This document shows positions 1 through 8,475 of a stretch of 64,000 nt of DNA, one piece after another. Both the position numbers and the translations under genes were made by a program. The notes under the pieces were generated by a model, which ran no database searches, was not told where the DNA came from, and saw nothing but the letters and a program-made list of their open reading frames with translations. Location of the stretch: positions 32,001-96,000 of the forward strand of contig CAVPKK010000003.1 in assembly GCA_963705705.1 (NCBI GenBank), read 5' to 3'. Each line of letters starts with the position of its first letter. Position 1 is the stretch's first letter. Origin of the DNA: an uncultured bacterium (GTDB lineage Bacteria; Babelota; Babeliae; Babelales; JABCYS01).

Positions 1-1421
1 TCCCGCTCATCCTGAGCCTGTCGAAGGATGATGAAGCCAAGAATCTTGCCCGTTGTTTCCATTTCATCGTAACCGGTGAAAGTTGTTTTGATCTGCTCAG
101 GCAATTCAATTTTTTGAGTGGCTACCTTCTTGCCTGAATGGGTGCGCTGTATTTCCATTTCTTTATCAAAACCTTCTAGGTCGACGGTAAAGCCACGCTC
201 GTGGGCCATGATTCTGGTGATTTCTAGTGGGAATCCATAGGTATCATACAGCTTGAATGCTTCAGCGCCCGTAACAATTTTACTTTTAGTAGTATCAAAA
301 TATTTATTAATCAGTTCCTGGCCGCGCACTAAATTTGTTGCAAACTTTTCAACTTCGGTCGCCAGAATCCGCTTTATTTTTTCTTTGTTGGTTGTTAACT
401 CAGGGTAATAGCCGCCCAGAGTAGTATTTACGCTCTCTACCAATTCAGGGAAAATTATTTTGTCAGTTAGCTTTTGCGAAAAGAGCGCAGCGCGCCGAAT
501 GATTTTTCGCAATACATAGCCACGGCCTTCATTAGCTGGCGTGCCGCCATCGGCAATAATCATTGCACTTGAACGAATATGATCGGCAAGCACATGGAAT
601 GCTGCCTGTTTTTCAAACGGTAACGTACTATAGCTTTGCCCGGTTAGTTGTTCAATTTGATGGATGATGGGCAAGAAAAGATCGGTATGATACACCGTAT
701 CTTTCTTTTGTATGACGGCTGTTAATCGCTCCAAGCCCATGCCGGTATCGACGCCTGTTTGTTTGAGCGGTTGCAATGAACCATTATCTTGGCGATCGAA
801 CTGCATGAATACATTATTCCAGATTTCAAGGAAACGATCGCAATCGCAGCCAGGGCCGCAATTTGGTTTGCCGCAGCCATTCTTTTCAAGGTCAATGTAG
901 ATTTCAGTACACGGTCCGCAGGGGCCAGTATCGCCCATCTGCCAAAAGTTATCTGCTTCGCCCAACCGCACAATGTGCTTTTCAGATAAGCCGACTTCTT
1001 TCAGCCAAATATCATAAGATTCCTGGTCATCACGAAAAACGCTGGCATAGAGTTTTTCTTTCGGAAGTCTGAGTTCGATTGTTAGGAATTCCCATGCAAA
1101 TCTGATTGCATCTTTTTTGAAGTAATCGCCAAATGAGAAGTTGCCCATCATCTCGAAGAAGGTTAGATGGCGTTTGGTAAAGCCAACGTTATCCAAATCA
1201 TTATGCTTGCCGCCGGCACGCACACATTTTTGAATGCTAACTGCGCGTGTATAGCTGCGTTTTTCTTTGCCCAGGAATACATCTTTGAATTGATTCATGC
1301 CAGCATTGGCAAAAAGCAATGTAGGATCATCGGCTGGTATGAGTGAAGAGCTTGGGACTTTGGTATGACCGTGTCGTAAGAAATAATCAAAGAATTTCTG
1401 GCGTATTTCTGATGATTGCAT
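1..1421 (-). CDS. alaS: alanine--tRNA ligase, 5' part (runs off the left edge)
   Basis: Absent from the ORF track (no stop in window). Manual translation from ATG at 1421: MQSSEIRQKFFDYF..SSSLIPADDPTLLFANAGMNQFK; the same frame near the left edge reads VDLEGFDKEMEIQR..TTFTGYDE. Confidence 0.97.
   Translation of the reverse strand, partial: MQSSEIRQKFFDYFLRHGHTKVPSSSLIPADDPTLLFANAGMNQFKDVFLGKEKRSYTRAVSIQKCVRAGGKHNDLDNVGFTKRHLTFFEMMGNFSFGDYFKKDAIRFAWEFLTIELRLPKEKLYASVFRDDQESYDIWLKEVGLSEKHIVRLGEADNFWQMGDTGPCGPCTEIYIDLEKNGCGKPNCGPGCDCDRFLEIWNNVFMQFDRQDNGSLQPLKQTGVDTGMGLERLTAVIQKKDTVYHTDLFLPIIHQIEQLTGQSYSTLPFEKQAAFHVLADHIRSSAMIIADGGTPANEGRGYVLRKIIRRAALFSQKLTDKIIFPELVESVNTTLGGYYPELTTNKEKIKRILATEVEKFATNLVRGQELINKYFDTTKSKIVTGAEAFKLYDTYGFPLEITRIMAHERGFTVDLEGFDKEMEIQRTHSGKKVATQKIELPEQIKTTFTGYDEMETTGKILGFIILRQAQDER
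2..28. repeat. palindromic REP/RPE-like unit CCCGCTCATCCTGAGCCTGTCGAAGGA inside the alaS reading frame
   Basis: Matches intergenic copies at 22367, 25917, 27594 and 33522; translates as ILRQAQDER in the alaS frame. Confidence 0.8.
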
Positions 1422-1471
1422 AGGAAGATAGTCTCTTGGAGAATCTATTTTTTCTTGGGGGGTTGCTGGAT

Positions 1472-2329
1472 TTAATCTTGCGCATTTACATTTTTTGCGG
1501 AAATAATTCTGAGCAATGAGGCACGCGTAGCAGTTTGTGCTTGCATAGCGATTTGTTCTGCAGCATGTTTGGCGGTCTGATTATAGTGTTCAATCATATT
1601 GCCCAGTACTTCAGGAAATGGTATGCGATCTGTCATGTCGCCAATTGATAATATGTATTTACGTAGTTTTAAGCGCACATTCAAATGAGCTTGTCGTGGG
1701 CCGCTGCCATTCTGATCAACGGTAAGATAATCTTCGAATAGCATAGGGGGCAAATATTGGCTTTTCCCATCAGCTGTATTTTTTGCATTTTCATAATCTA
1801 CGATGCTAAGCGGTAAGTATTGAAAATCGGTCGTAATTCTACTTGCCGAATTTTCGAGAGCCAAGCCTTCCCCATTTGGTTTGCTGGTGGATCCAATAGA
1901 CAGTTTGACTGGAACTACTAATGTATCATCGTTCATAGAGAAATGATTTCTCAAGGATCTTTTTTCGTCTTCCCCTAGGTCGCTAAATTTCTGTATACCA
2001 GCGAAATATACTGGCCGATTAGCATAAAAGGGACTTGCGCGTCCTGCGAGGTTACTGGAGTCATTTACGTCTAAGATCCCCCATGAGGGAGCAAGTTCCA
2101 CCGTTCCCTCAGCATCAATAATGAGTGATTTAGATCGTTGCACTGCTGAAGCACGCCGTTGAATGTCTGAATTATCCGAGTCAGAATTCGAGCGTTGTGG
2201 CTGGATGGTTGGGCTGTACCCAGATGAACAGGATTCATTTATTGGGGTTCGTGGTGTAGTTGGCGTGTCAGAAGTTGCACTTAGGCTTATGGGGTAAGCG
2301 ATACATAGTGCTAATAAAATTTTGTTCAT
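1472..2329 (-). CDS. secreted Ser-rich hypothetical protein (paralog of 2483-3523)
   Basis: Signal peptide MNKILLALCIAYPISLSA; Ser/Pro-rich N-region; shared blocks SKSLxIDA, AKNTAxG, DRIPFxExLxNMIEH. Confidence 0.8.
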   Translation of the reverse strand: MNKILLALCIAYPISLSATSDTPTTPRTPINESCSSGYSPTIQPQRSNSDSDNSDIQRRASAVQRSKSLIIDAEGTVELAPSWGILDVNDSSNLAGRASPFYANRPVYFAGIQKFSDLGEDEKRSLRNHFSMNDDTLVVPVKLSIGSTSKPNGEGLALENSASRITTDFQYLPLSIVDYENAKNTADGKSQYLPPMLFEDYLTVDQNGSGPRQAHLNVRLKLRKYILSIGDMTDRIPFPEVLGNMIEHYNQTAKHAAEQIAMQAQTATRASLLRIISAKNVNAQD

Positions 2330-2482
2330 GTGTTTCCTAGGCAATATGTTATTCAGCGCTGCTTAGTTATTGTCATCCTCACTATTCTTTATTAAACAAA
2401 GATACTGGAGCGACAATCTCAATATATAAAGAACAAGGTACTAAAAGCATAGCGAAGTCGTCAAAAATGTTAACTTTTGTCC

Positions 2483-3523
2483 TTATTCGAGCAAGCTCTG
2501 AGTGCTTGCAGAAATAACAAAACCTAATCTACCGCGTTCAGTTGATTCTGTAAGAGCAGCATTATCTGCATCTATTTTTGCTTTCAAGTTAAAATGCTCA
2601 ATCATGTTGGCCAATGTTTCTGTAAATGGAATTCGATCAGTATCCAGATGCAAACTACTTGTCGGATTATTAATAATTTTGCCGGTATCTTTATCTATCG
2701 AGAGTAGATACTTCATTAGTTTTAACGTTACGCTCAGATTGGCCAACTTGGTTCCACCTCTTGTATCAACCGTGTGAAAATCGGCCAACAATATAGGAGA
2801 TAAATACTGTTCTCTTCCGTTGGCGGTATTTTTTGCATGTTCTGAGTTCAATAATGAAAGTGGTAGGGACGAGAATGTCGTTCGCACTTTGCGCGATGTT
2901 TCTTCTTGAACACCATGTATCACTAATTTAACTGGCACAATCAGATCATTATCACACAAGTCGCTAAAATGGCTGCGGAGAAAGGTTCTTTCACCTGATC
3001 CCAAATCTTTAAACGTCAGTATGCCACGGAATAGTACAGGTTGGCCCGCATATTGGTGTGCTATTGGATGATTTGCCGTTGTAATTTCAACAAATGGATC
3101 GAGCGTCACTTCACCGAAAGCGTCGATAGTTAATGATTTGGAAAACTGTGGTCTTTTATCGGTGACTTTTACCTGCGATTCATCGCTTAATATAGCTGAT
3201 GAACTATGAGGTGAAATTGAACGCGAAACAGGGGCCGATAGGTTAGGCGAGCTATTTCTTTTGCTCGTAAAACATGCAGGTGCTACGTTGCTACTAGGTG
3301 AATTAGATCGGGGCGAAATGGTGGGCGAACAAGTAATTTTATTGGGGCGCTCGTCGCCGCTTGAATCGCTATTTACTGAATCAGGAGATCCTTCTCTTCG
3401 CGGCGGAGTATTCTCTTTCATAAATATGAAAGATTCGGGTTGTGTGCTTTTGGGTGAAACAGATGTTGCGGCAACTTGTGCGGCGCAAGTGGCGGCAAAG
3501 AAAGATAGTAAGTGCTTATTCAT
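2483..3523 (-). CDS. secreted Ser-rich hypothetical protein (paralog of 1472-2329)
   Basis: Signal peptide MNKHLLSFFAATCAAQVAA with AAGGA upstream; same conserved C-terminal blocks. Confidence 0.8.
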   Translation of the reverse strand: MNKHLLSFFAATCAAQVAATSVSPKSTQPESFIFMKENTPPRREGSPDSVNSDSSGDERPNKITCSPTISPRSNSPSSNVAPACFTSKRNSSPNLSAPVSRSISPHSSSAILSDESQVKVTDKRPQFSKSLTIDAFGEVTLDPFVEITTANHPIAHQYAGQPVLFRGILTFKDLGSGERTFLRSHFSDLCDNDLIVPVKLVIHGVQEETSRKVRTTFSSLPLSLLNSEHAKNTANGREQYLSPILLADFHTVDTRGGTKLANLSVTLKLMKYLLSIDKDTGKIINNPTSSLHLDTDRIPFTETLANMIEHFNLKAKIDADNAALTESTERGRLGFVISASTQSLLE

Positions 3524-3748
3524 AGGTGTCCTTGTAGTAATGCTATTCATGTATAATAGAAAGCATGCGCCTTAGAAGCATAGACCAAACTTTGAAAATG
3601 TTAACTATTTGTAAATATAATATTAAATATGGTCAATTAGTTTGCCTTGAATAGGTGTTTTGTATAAGTTGAATGCACTCGGTGTGAGCTGAATTGCCTC
3701 TAGGCAATCGATTCTTTGAGAGTTAAGGACTAAAAAAAGGGATCTTTT

Positions 3749-4396
3749 ATGAAAGCAGGTTTTGTTTCTACGTTTGCATTTATATTCGCTATTACTGGTG
3801 CTGCCTCTATTGTTGCGTCGGATATAGTTTTGTATGTGGGTGTAAAATCCGGAGATGTGCAAAAGGTAAAGACCGCCCTCTATGAAGATGCGAATGTAAA
3901 CTTGGAAGTAGCTAATAAAAAATTATTGGTCGAAGCAATTGATAGGGTGCTTGCATTATACCCCGAGCAGGAAAGTAGCATTCTAGATAAAGCTTGGATA
4001 TACCTTAATTCATTAGTTGGCAATGAGGTAGGGCTCATGCATCTGGCTGGCGTAGCAACTGGTCTTGGTTGTGGTGTGTCTGTAGTGCGCGGACATGCCT
4101 TGGAGGCAACATTAACAGCCGTCAGCTTAACTTCATTAATTATGATGAAGCGTGAAACAGCAATAAAAAATCACATGGAAATCGTGGAACAGTTGGCAAT
4201 GCATCCAAAATTATCGCGCGAGTCATTGCTTGATGCTATTGCCCATATACGAGAACGTTTAGTGAAAGCTTACGAAAAACATACCGCAGGAAGTGAAGCA
4301 TTGCTAGAAATTGATCGCATCCTTAGAGTAGCAGCTTCTCATGCGGATGCGCGTGAATACCGAAGATTAAAAAAATATGACGAGTCATACCGATAA
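3749..4396 (+). CDS. secreted/membrane protein with ankyrin-like segments
   Basis: Signal peptide; LYVGVKSGDVQKVKTALYEDANVN is ankyrin-like; two central hydrophobic segments. Confidence 0.7.
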   Translation: MKAGFVSTFAFIFAITGAASIVASDIVLYVGVKSGDVQKVKTALYEDANVNLEVANKKLLVEAIDRVLALYPEQESSILDKAWIYLNSLVGNEVGLMHLAGVATGLGCGVSVVRGHALEATLTAVSLTSLIMMKRETAIKNHMEIVEQLAMHPKLSRESLLDAIAHIRERLVKAYEKHTAGSEALLEIDRILRVAASHADAREYRRLKKYDESYR

Positions 4397-4415
4397 CACA
4401 CAATTCGAGGTGTAT

Positions 4416-5450
4416 ATGCATCAAAAGTTATTTGCAACAGTTATGATTACTTTGTTTGTTTCTGCTTCGTTTGCAGCTACTAAACAAAATGGGCGATCTC
4501 CAAACGAGCTGATTAATTGCTTAACGGCTAAGGATCGAGTTGGTCTCGCCGAAACACTTAAGTATGTTTCAATTAATACTCGTTTTACTCCATCAGGCAA
4601 TACAGTTTTGATGGAAGCTGTCGATTTATACGCAAAGCGCTTGACTCAACGGAGTCCGGTTGAGTTTGCAGTTGGCAAAGCCATCATAAGTCTCGCTGGG
4701 CTCAGTGGATGCGTTGCTGGCTACAAGGTTTCGCCTCCGGTTGAAAAGAAAGAAATTCAGCCACAACCACAACAACCGCCTCAGCGACCAGCGCAGCCTA
4801 TAGTCCAAGCACCACGGGCAAATCTTCCAAGACCTCAGCCTATTGATGAAGAACATGCTGGAGGTTATAACCCCTTCGGATTTGCTGAACCGTTTGTTCG
4901 TAGCGCATCACACGCTGTTGAGGAGGGTGTGGTTGATGCTCGAGAGGCAATGCAAGATGCTCGAGAAGCAATGCAGGATGTGCGCCAAGTAGTTGGGCAT
5001 GTTGATCGCATCTTGGAGGAATGGGATCAAGGGATCATTAAGGTTGAACCGGCCGGCAAAATTTCTGAGGAAACGGCGCAAGCAATCCAGGATGCCGTAC
5101 GAAGTGTAGAAAAAACTAACCGCGATGCCCAGTATTATATGCGTACTTCCGCAATTATTGGATGTGCAGCAATTAGTTTATGGGCCGGCATTAAGACGCT
5201 TCAACAGTTGTGGGTGATGAGGCAATATACGCGTCGGCATGAAGAAGATCTTGAGATGTTTGAAGCCATCATCGATCAATTATTAAATGATCCAGATTTA
5301 GATTTTACCGTAAAAAATGATGCAGGTGAGGCAGTAGTTGATCTTATGCGGCGAATCGTGATCACGTATGGCAGTGGCGATGAAGAATTTATTCGTCTTC
5401 TTAAGCTTGAACGCAAAATATTACATGCTGCACGAAATATAAAAGTTTAA
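4416..5450 (+). CDS. secreted/membrane protein with ankyrin-like segments and Pro/Gln-rich insert
   Basis: GAGGTG RBS before ATG 4416; signal peptide; SGNTVLMEAV and IIDQLLNDPDLDFTVKNDAGEAVVDL ankyrin-like halves; two hydrophobic segments. Confidence 0.72.
   Translation: MHQKLFATVMITLFVSASFAATKQNGRSPNELINCLTAKDRVGLAETLKYVSINTRFTPSGNTVLMEAVDLYAKRLTQRSPVEFAVGKAIISLAGLSGCVAGYKVSPPVEKKEIQPQPQQPPQRPAQPIVQAPRANLPRPQPIDEEHAGGYNPFGFAEPFVRSASHAVEEGVVDAREAMQDAREAMQDVRQVVGHVDRILEEWDQGIIKVEPAGKISEETAQAIQDAVRSVEKTNRDAQYYMRTSAIIGCAAISLWAGIKTLQQLWVMRQYTRRHEEDLEMFEAIIDQLLNDPDLDFTVKNDAGEAVVDLMRRIVITYGSGDEEFIRLLKLERKILHAARNIKV
4935..4976 (+). repeat. 21-bp tandem duplication encoding DAREAMQ x2
   Basis: gatgctcgagaggcaatgcaa / gatgctcgagaagcaatgcag. 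Confidence 0.85.
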
Positions 5451-5465
5451 TTTCAGAGAGGGAGA

Positions 5466-6122
5466 GTGATGAAGATTTTCTTAGATACAGCCCATTTGGA
5501 AAGCATTAAAGAATGGGCAGATACTGGGTTAATTGATGGCGTGACCATAAATCCGTCATTACTCAGTAAAGAAAAAGAAGATTATAAAGCTATCGTCAAG
5601 GCAATCCATGGCGCGTTGCCAGAATGCGATATTAACCTGCAGGTGACCGAAACTGATCCTAAAAAGGTCTATGACCAGGCCCATGCATACCAATCATTGC
5701 TAAAAAAACGCCCAATCACAGTCAAAATACCCGCCCACCGCAAATTCTATCCAGCCATCAGGCTGTTAGCCCGAGAAGGGATCGCCATTAATGCTACCCT
5801 CGTTTTCTCCTTCATGCAGGGGCTCATCATGAGTAAGCTTGGGGTACGGTATATTTCTCCTTTTATTGGGCGGCTGGAAGACCAGGGCGAGGATGGAATT
5901 GGGTTGGTTGCTGATTTGGTAGCCGGCCTCGCCGAATATGAAACCCAGGTTTTGGCGGCTTCTATCCGGACTGTTGAGCATGTTCAGGCGGCGGCGCTCG
6001 TGGGTGCCCATGTGGTAACCCTACCGGCTGATGTGCTTAAAAAGGCTTCTGAAAACCTATTGACCGATAAGGGTATGGAGCTTTTTGCTAAGGACTGGCA
6101 GAAAGTTGTGGCACGGAAGTAA
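5466..6122 (+). CDS. tal: transaldolase / fructose-6-phosphate aldolase (TalC/Fsa family)
   Basis: KIFLDTA, GVTINPSL, catalytic TVKIP, NATLVFS, YISPFIGR, LAASIR. Confidence 0.9.
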   Translation: MMKIFLDTAHLESIKEWADTGLIDGVTINPSLLSKEKEDYKAIVKAIHGALPECDINLQVTETDPKKVYDQAHAYQSLLKKRPITVKIPAHRKFYPAIRLLAREGIAINATLVFSFMQGLIMSKLGVRYISPFIGRLEDQGEDGIGLVADLVAGLAEYETQVLAASIRTVEHVQAAALVGAHVVTLPADVLKKASENLLTDKGMELFAKDWQKVVARK

Positions 6123-6143
6123 GTGTCTTCTCAAGCCATCTAA

Positions 6144-6289
6144 TCCTCACTCCCGATGAGCAAAGCTCAAAAGGTCGTACCGGTTTAATGGCTTTTCGTC
6201 GACAGGAGGCTTTACCCGATCTTGCGGCCGGTGGACGAAAAGGCGAATCCGCAGTGACCGTCTAAGCTTCAACTTAGGGGGAGCGAGGA
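6144..6289. ncRNA. 146-nt rod-like imperfect hairpin, unassigned structured element
   Basis: Nested stems tcctcactccc/gggagcgagga, aagct/agctt, ggtcgt/gtgacc, cttttcgtc/gacgaaaag. Confidence 0.45.
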
Positions 6290-6371
6290 ATATGCCTTGA
6301 GACCCTCCCACCATTCGAAATAAGCCCCGGTTTCCTCTATACTTGTGCCTCATTCAAATGTGAGGTTAACC

Positions 6372-8333
6372 ATGTCATTATTTAAACTGCATAATCCATT
6401 TCCGCCGGCTGGTTCCCAGCCCGAGGCCATAAAGAAATTGGCATCGGGTCGGCCAGGCATTTCTACGCTTATGGGGGTAACCGGTTCAGGTAAAACCTTC
6501 ACCATCGCAAATGTCATTGCCCAGCAAAATAAGCCGGTTTTAGTATTGGCGCCAAATAAGACATTGGCTGCTCAATTATATGAAGAGTTTTCATTATTTT
6601 TCCCGGAAAATAAGGTCTGCTATTTCGTTAGTTACTATGACCATTACCAGCCAGAGTCATACCTCCCCGCCCAGGACATTTATATTCCTAAAGAGACTAA
6701 GATTAATAGTGAAATCGAACGGCTACGGGTTGAGGCAACCGCTTCATTGATTAATCGGCCAGATACGATTGTAGTGACATCAGTTTCTTGTATTTACTCA
6801 CTTGGTAATCCAGCAGATTATCGAGAGCTCGCCTTTTCATTACAAGTTGGTCAAAAGATTTCGCGCGATGAACTCATTCATAAACTAATTTTCATTCAAT
6901 ACGAACGGAATCAGTTTGATCGATCATCGGGCACATTCCAGGTGATGGGTAATACTATTGAAGTGCAGTTACCATACCAAAAGGAAAAGCTGCGCATTGA
7001 ATTATTTGGCGATAATGTTGAGGCATTGCAATGGGTCGGCCGTGAAAATAACAATGTGGTAATGGAATTGGATAACGCTCTTATATTTCCAGCAAAGCAT
7101 TTTGTAACAACGCGCGAAAAAACAGAATCAGCAATTAGAAGTATTGAGACTGAATTAGATACTGTATTGCCGACTATACAAAATCCATTGTATCGCGAAC
7201 GTTTGAAGCAACGAGTAAGCCATGATCTCGAAATGCTTGCAGAAGTTGGTTATTGTTCAGGTATCGAAAATTACTCAGCGCACTTTGATGGTCGGAGTGC
7301 TGGGCAAGCTCCGTCTTGCTTATTTGATTTCTTTCCTGAAGAATTTTTGATGGTTATTGATGAATCGCATATTGCCGTACCACAACTAAAAGGTATGTAC
7401 GCAGGCGATAAATCGCGAAAGCAGGCATTGGTGGAATTTGGATTCCGGTTGCCATCTGCCTATGATAATCGACCATTGAAGTTTGAAGAAATTGAGCGCT
7501 ATTTCAATGATACAATTTTTGTATCTGCAACGCCGAGTGTTTATGAGTTGCAAAAGTCGGAACGGGTGGTTGAGCAGATTATTCGTCCAACTGGATTAGT
7601 TGATCCGATATTGGAAATGCATCCACGCGAGAATCAACTGAGTCATTTGATTGAACAAGTAAAAAATACAACCGAAAAGGGCTTCCGTTCATTAGTTACG
7701 GTGCTTACTAAAAAAATGGCTGAAGAGTTGGCGCGCTATTTAGAAGAACGACAGATCAAAGTCTGTTATTTGCATAGCGATTTAAAAACACCTAAGCGAA
7801 CCGAACTATTGCAAAAATTGCGCCTAGGGATATTCGACTGTTTGGTTGGTGTGAATTTATTACGAGAAGGTTTGGATTTACCCGAAGTGGCCTTAGTGGC
7901 CATCATGGATGCCGATGTTGAAAGCTATTTGCGTGATCAACGATCGCTCATTCAAATTATTGGACGAGCAGCACGAAATACTGAATCGCGCGTGGTCATG
8001 TATTGTGACAAAATTACCCAATCGATGCAAAAAGCTATTGATGAAACAGTTCGTCGTCGTGAATTGCAACTTGCTCATAACACAAAGCATGGCGTTACAC
8101 CGCTCAGCGTAAAACGTGAAGTGACCAAGAGCATTAGCAAATTACAGGAAGCCATTGCCCAGGCATCAGAGCGTAAGCGTAAAAAGAAGCCCGCTGCTGG
8201 TGTAGATGATGTTGTTGCTCGCATTGCAACAATTGAAAAAGAAATGCTTGAAGCGGCTGATAACTTTGAATTTGAGAAAGCAATCGCATTGCGTGAAGAA
8301 TGGTTTGCTTTGCAAAAACAGAAACAGCAATAA
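6372..8333 (+). CDS. uvrB: excinuclease ABC subunit B
   Basis: GVTGSGKT, YFVSYYDHYQPESY, IDESH, NLLREGLDLPEV, IGRAARN, C-terminal UVR domain. Confidence 0.98.
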   Translation: MSLFKLHNPFPPAGSQPEAIKKLASGRPGISTLMGVTGSGKTFTIANVIAQQNKPVLVLAPNKTLAAQLYEEFSLFFPENKVCYFVSYYDHYQPESYLPAQDIYIPKETKINSEIERLRVEATASLINRPDTIVVTSVSCIYSLGNPADYRELAFSLQVGQKISRDELIHKLIFIQYERNQFDRSSGTFQVMGNTIEVQLPYQKEKLRIELFGDNVEALQWVGRENNNVVMELDNALIFPAKHFVTTREKTESAIRSIETELDTVLPTIQNPLYRERLKQRVSHDLEMLAEVGYCSGIENYSAHFDGRSAGQAPSCLFDFFPEEFLMVIDESHIAVPQLKGMYAGDKSRKQALVEFGFRLPSAYDNRPLKFEEIERYFNDTIFVSATPSVYELQKSERVVEQIIRPTGLVDPILEMHPRENQLSHLIEQVKNTTEKGFRSLVTVLTKKMAEELARYLEERQIKVCYLHSDLKTPKRTELLQKLRLGIFDCLVGVNLLREGLDLPEVALVAIMDADVESYLRDQRSLIQIIGRAARNTESRVVMYCDKITQSMQKAIDETVRRRELQLAHNTKHGVTPLSVKREVTKSISKLQEAIAQASERKRKKKPAAGVDDVVARIATIEKEMLEAADNFEFEKAIALREEWFALQKQKQQ

Positions 8334-8399
8334 TCACATCTATTTTGTCTCCTTTTCAATTTCACGGTATGCTTTTGTCAGAACCACTTAAAATTAGCG

Positions 8400-8460
8400 A
8401 AGCGAGTCGGGGAGTCTATTTCCCAGCGAGCGCAGCGACATTTAGGCGGCTTTAGCCGCT
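8400..8460 (+). repeat. 61-nt two-hairpin motif, copy 1 (upstream of M3 peptidase)
   Basis: Ungapped 47/61 identity to 37497-37557 with compensatory stem changes. Confidence 0.75.
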
Positions 8461-8475
8461 CAAAAAGGAGAGCCC

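Noticed and set aside
712..1072. Four short ORFs in the track
   Set aside because: Shadows of alaS, which occupies 1-1421 on the minus strand
6151..6244. Hammerhead ribozyme-like core (CCGATGAG...CGAAA)
   Set aside because: The core should be CUGANGA with a short stem II before GAAA; neither holds
6290..6371. LexA/SOS box upstream of uvrB
   Set aside because: No recognisable CTGT-N8-ACAG or GAAC-N4-GTTC palindrome
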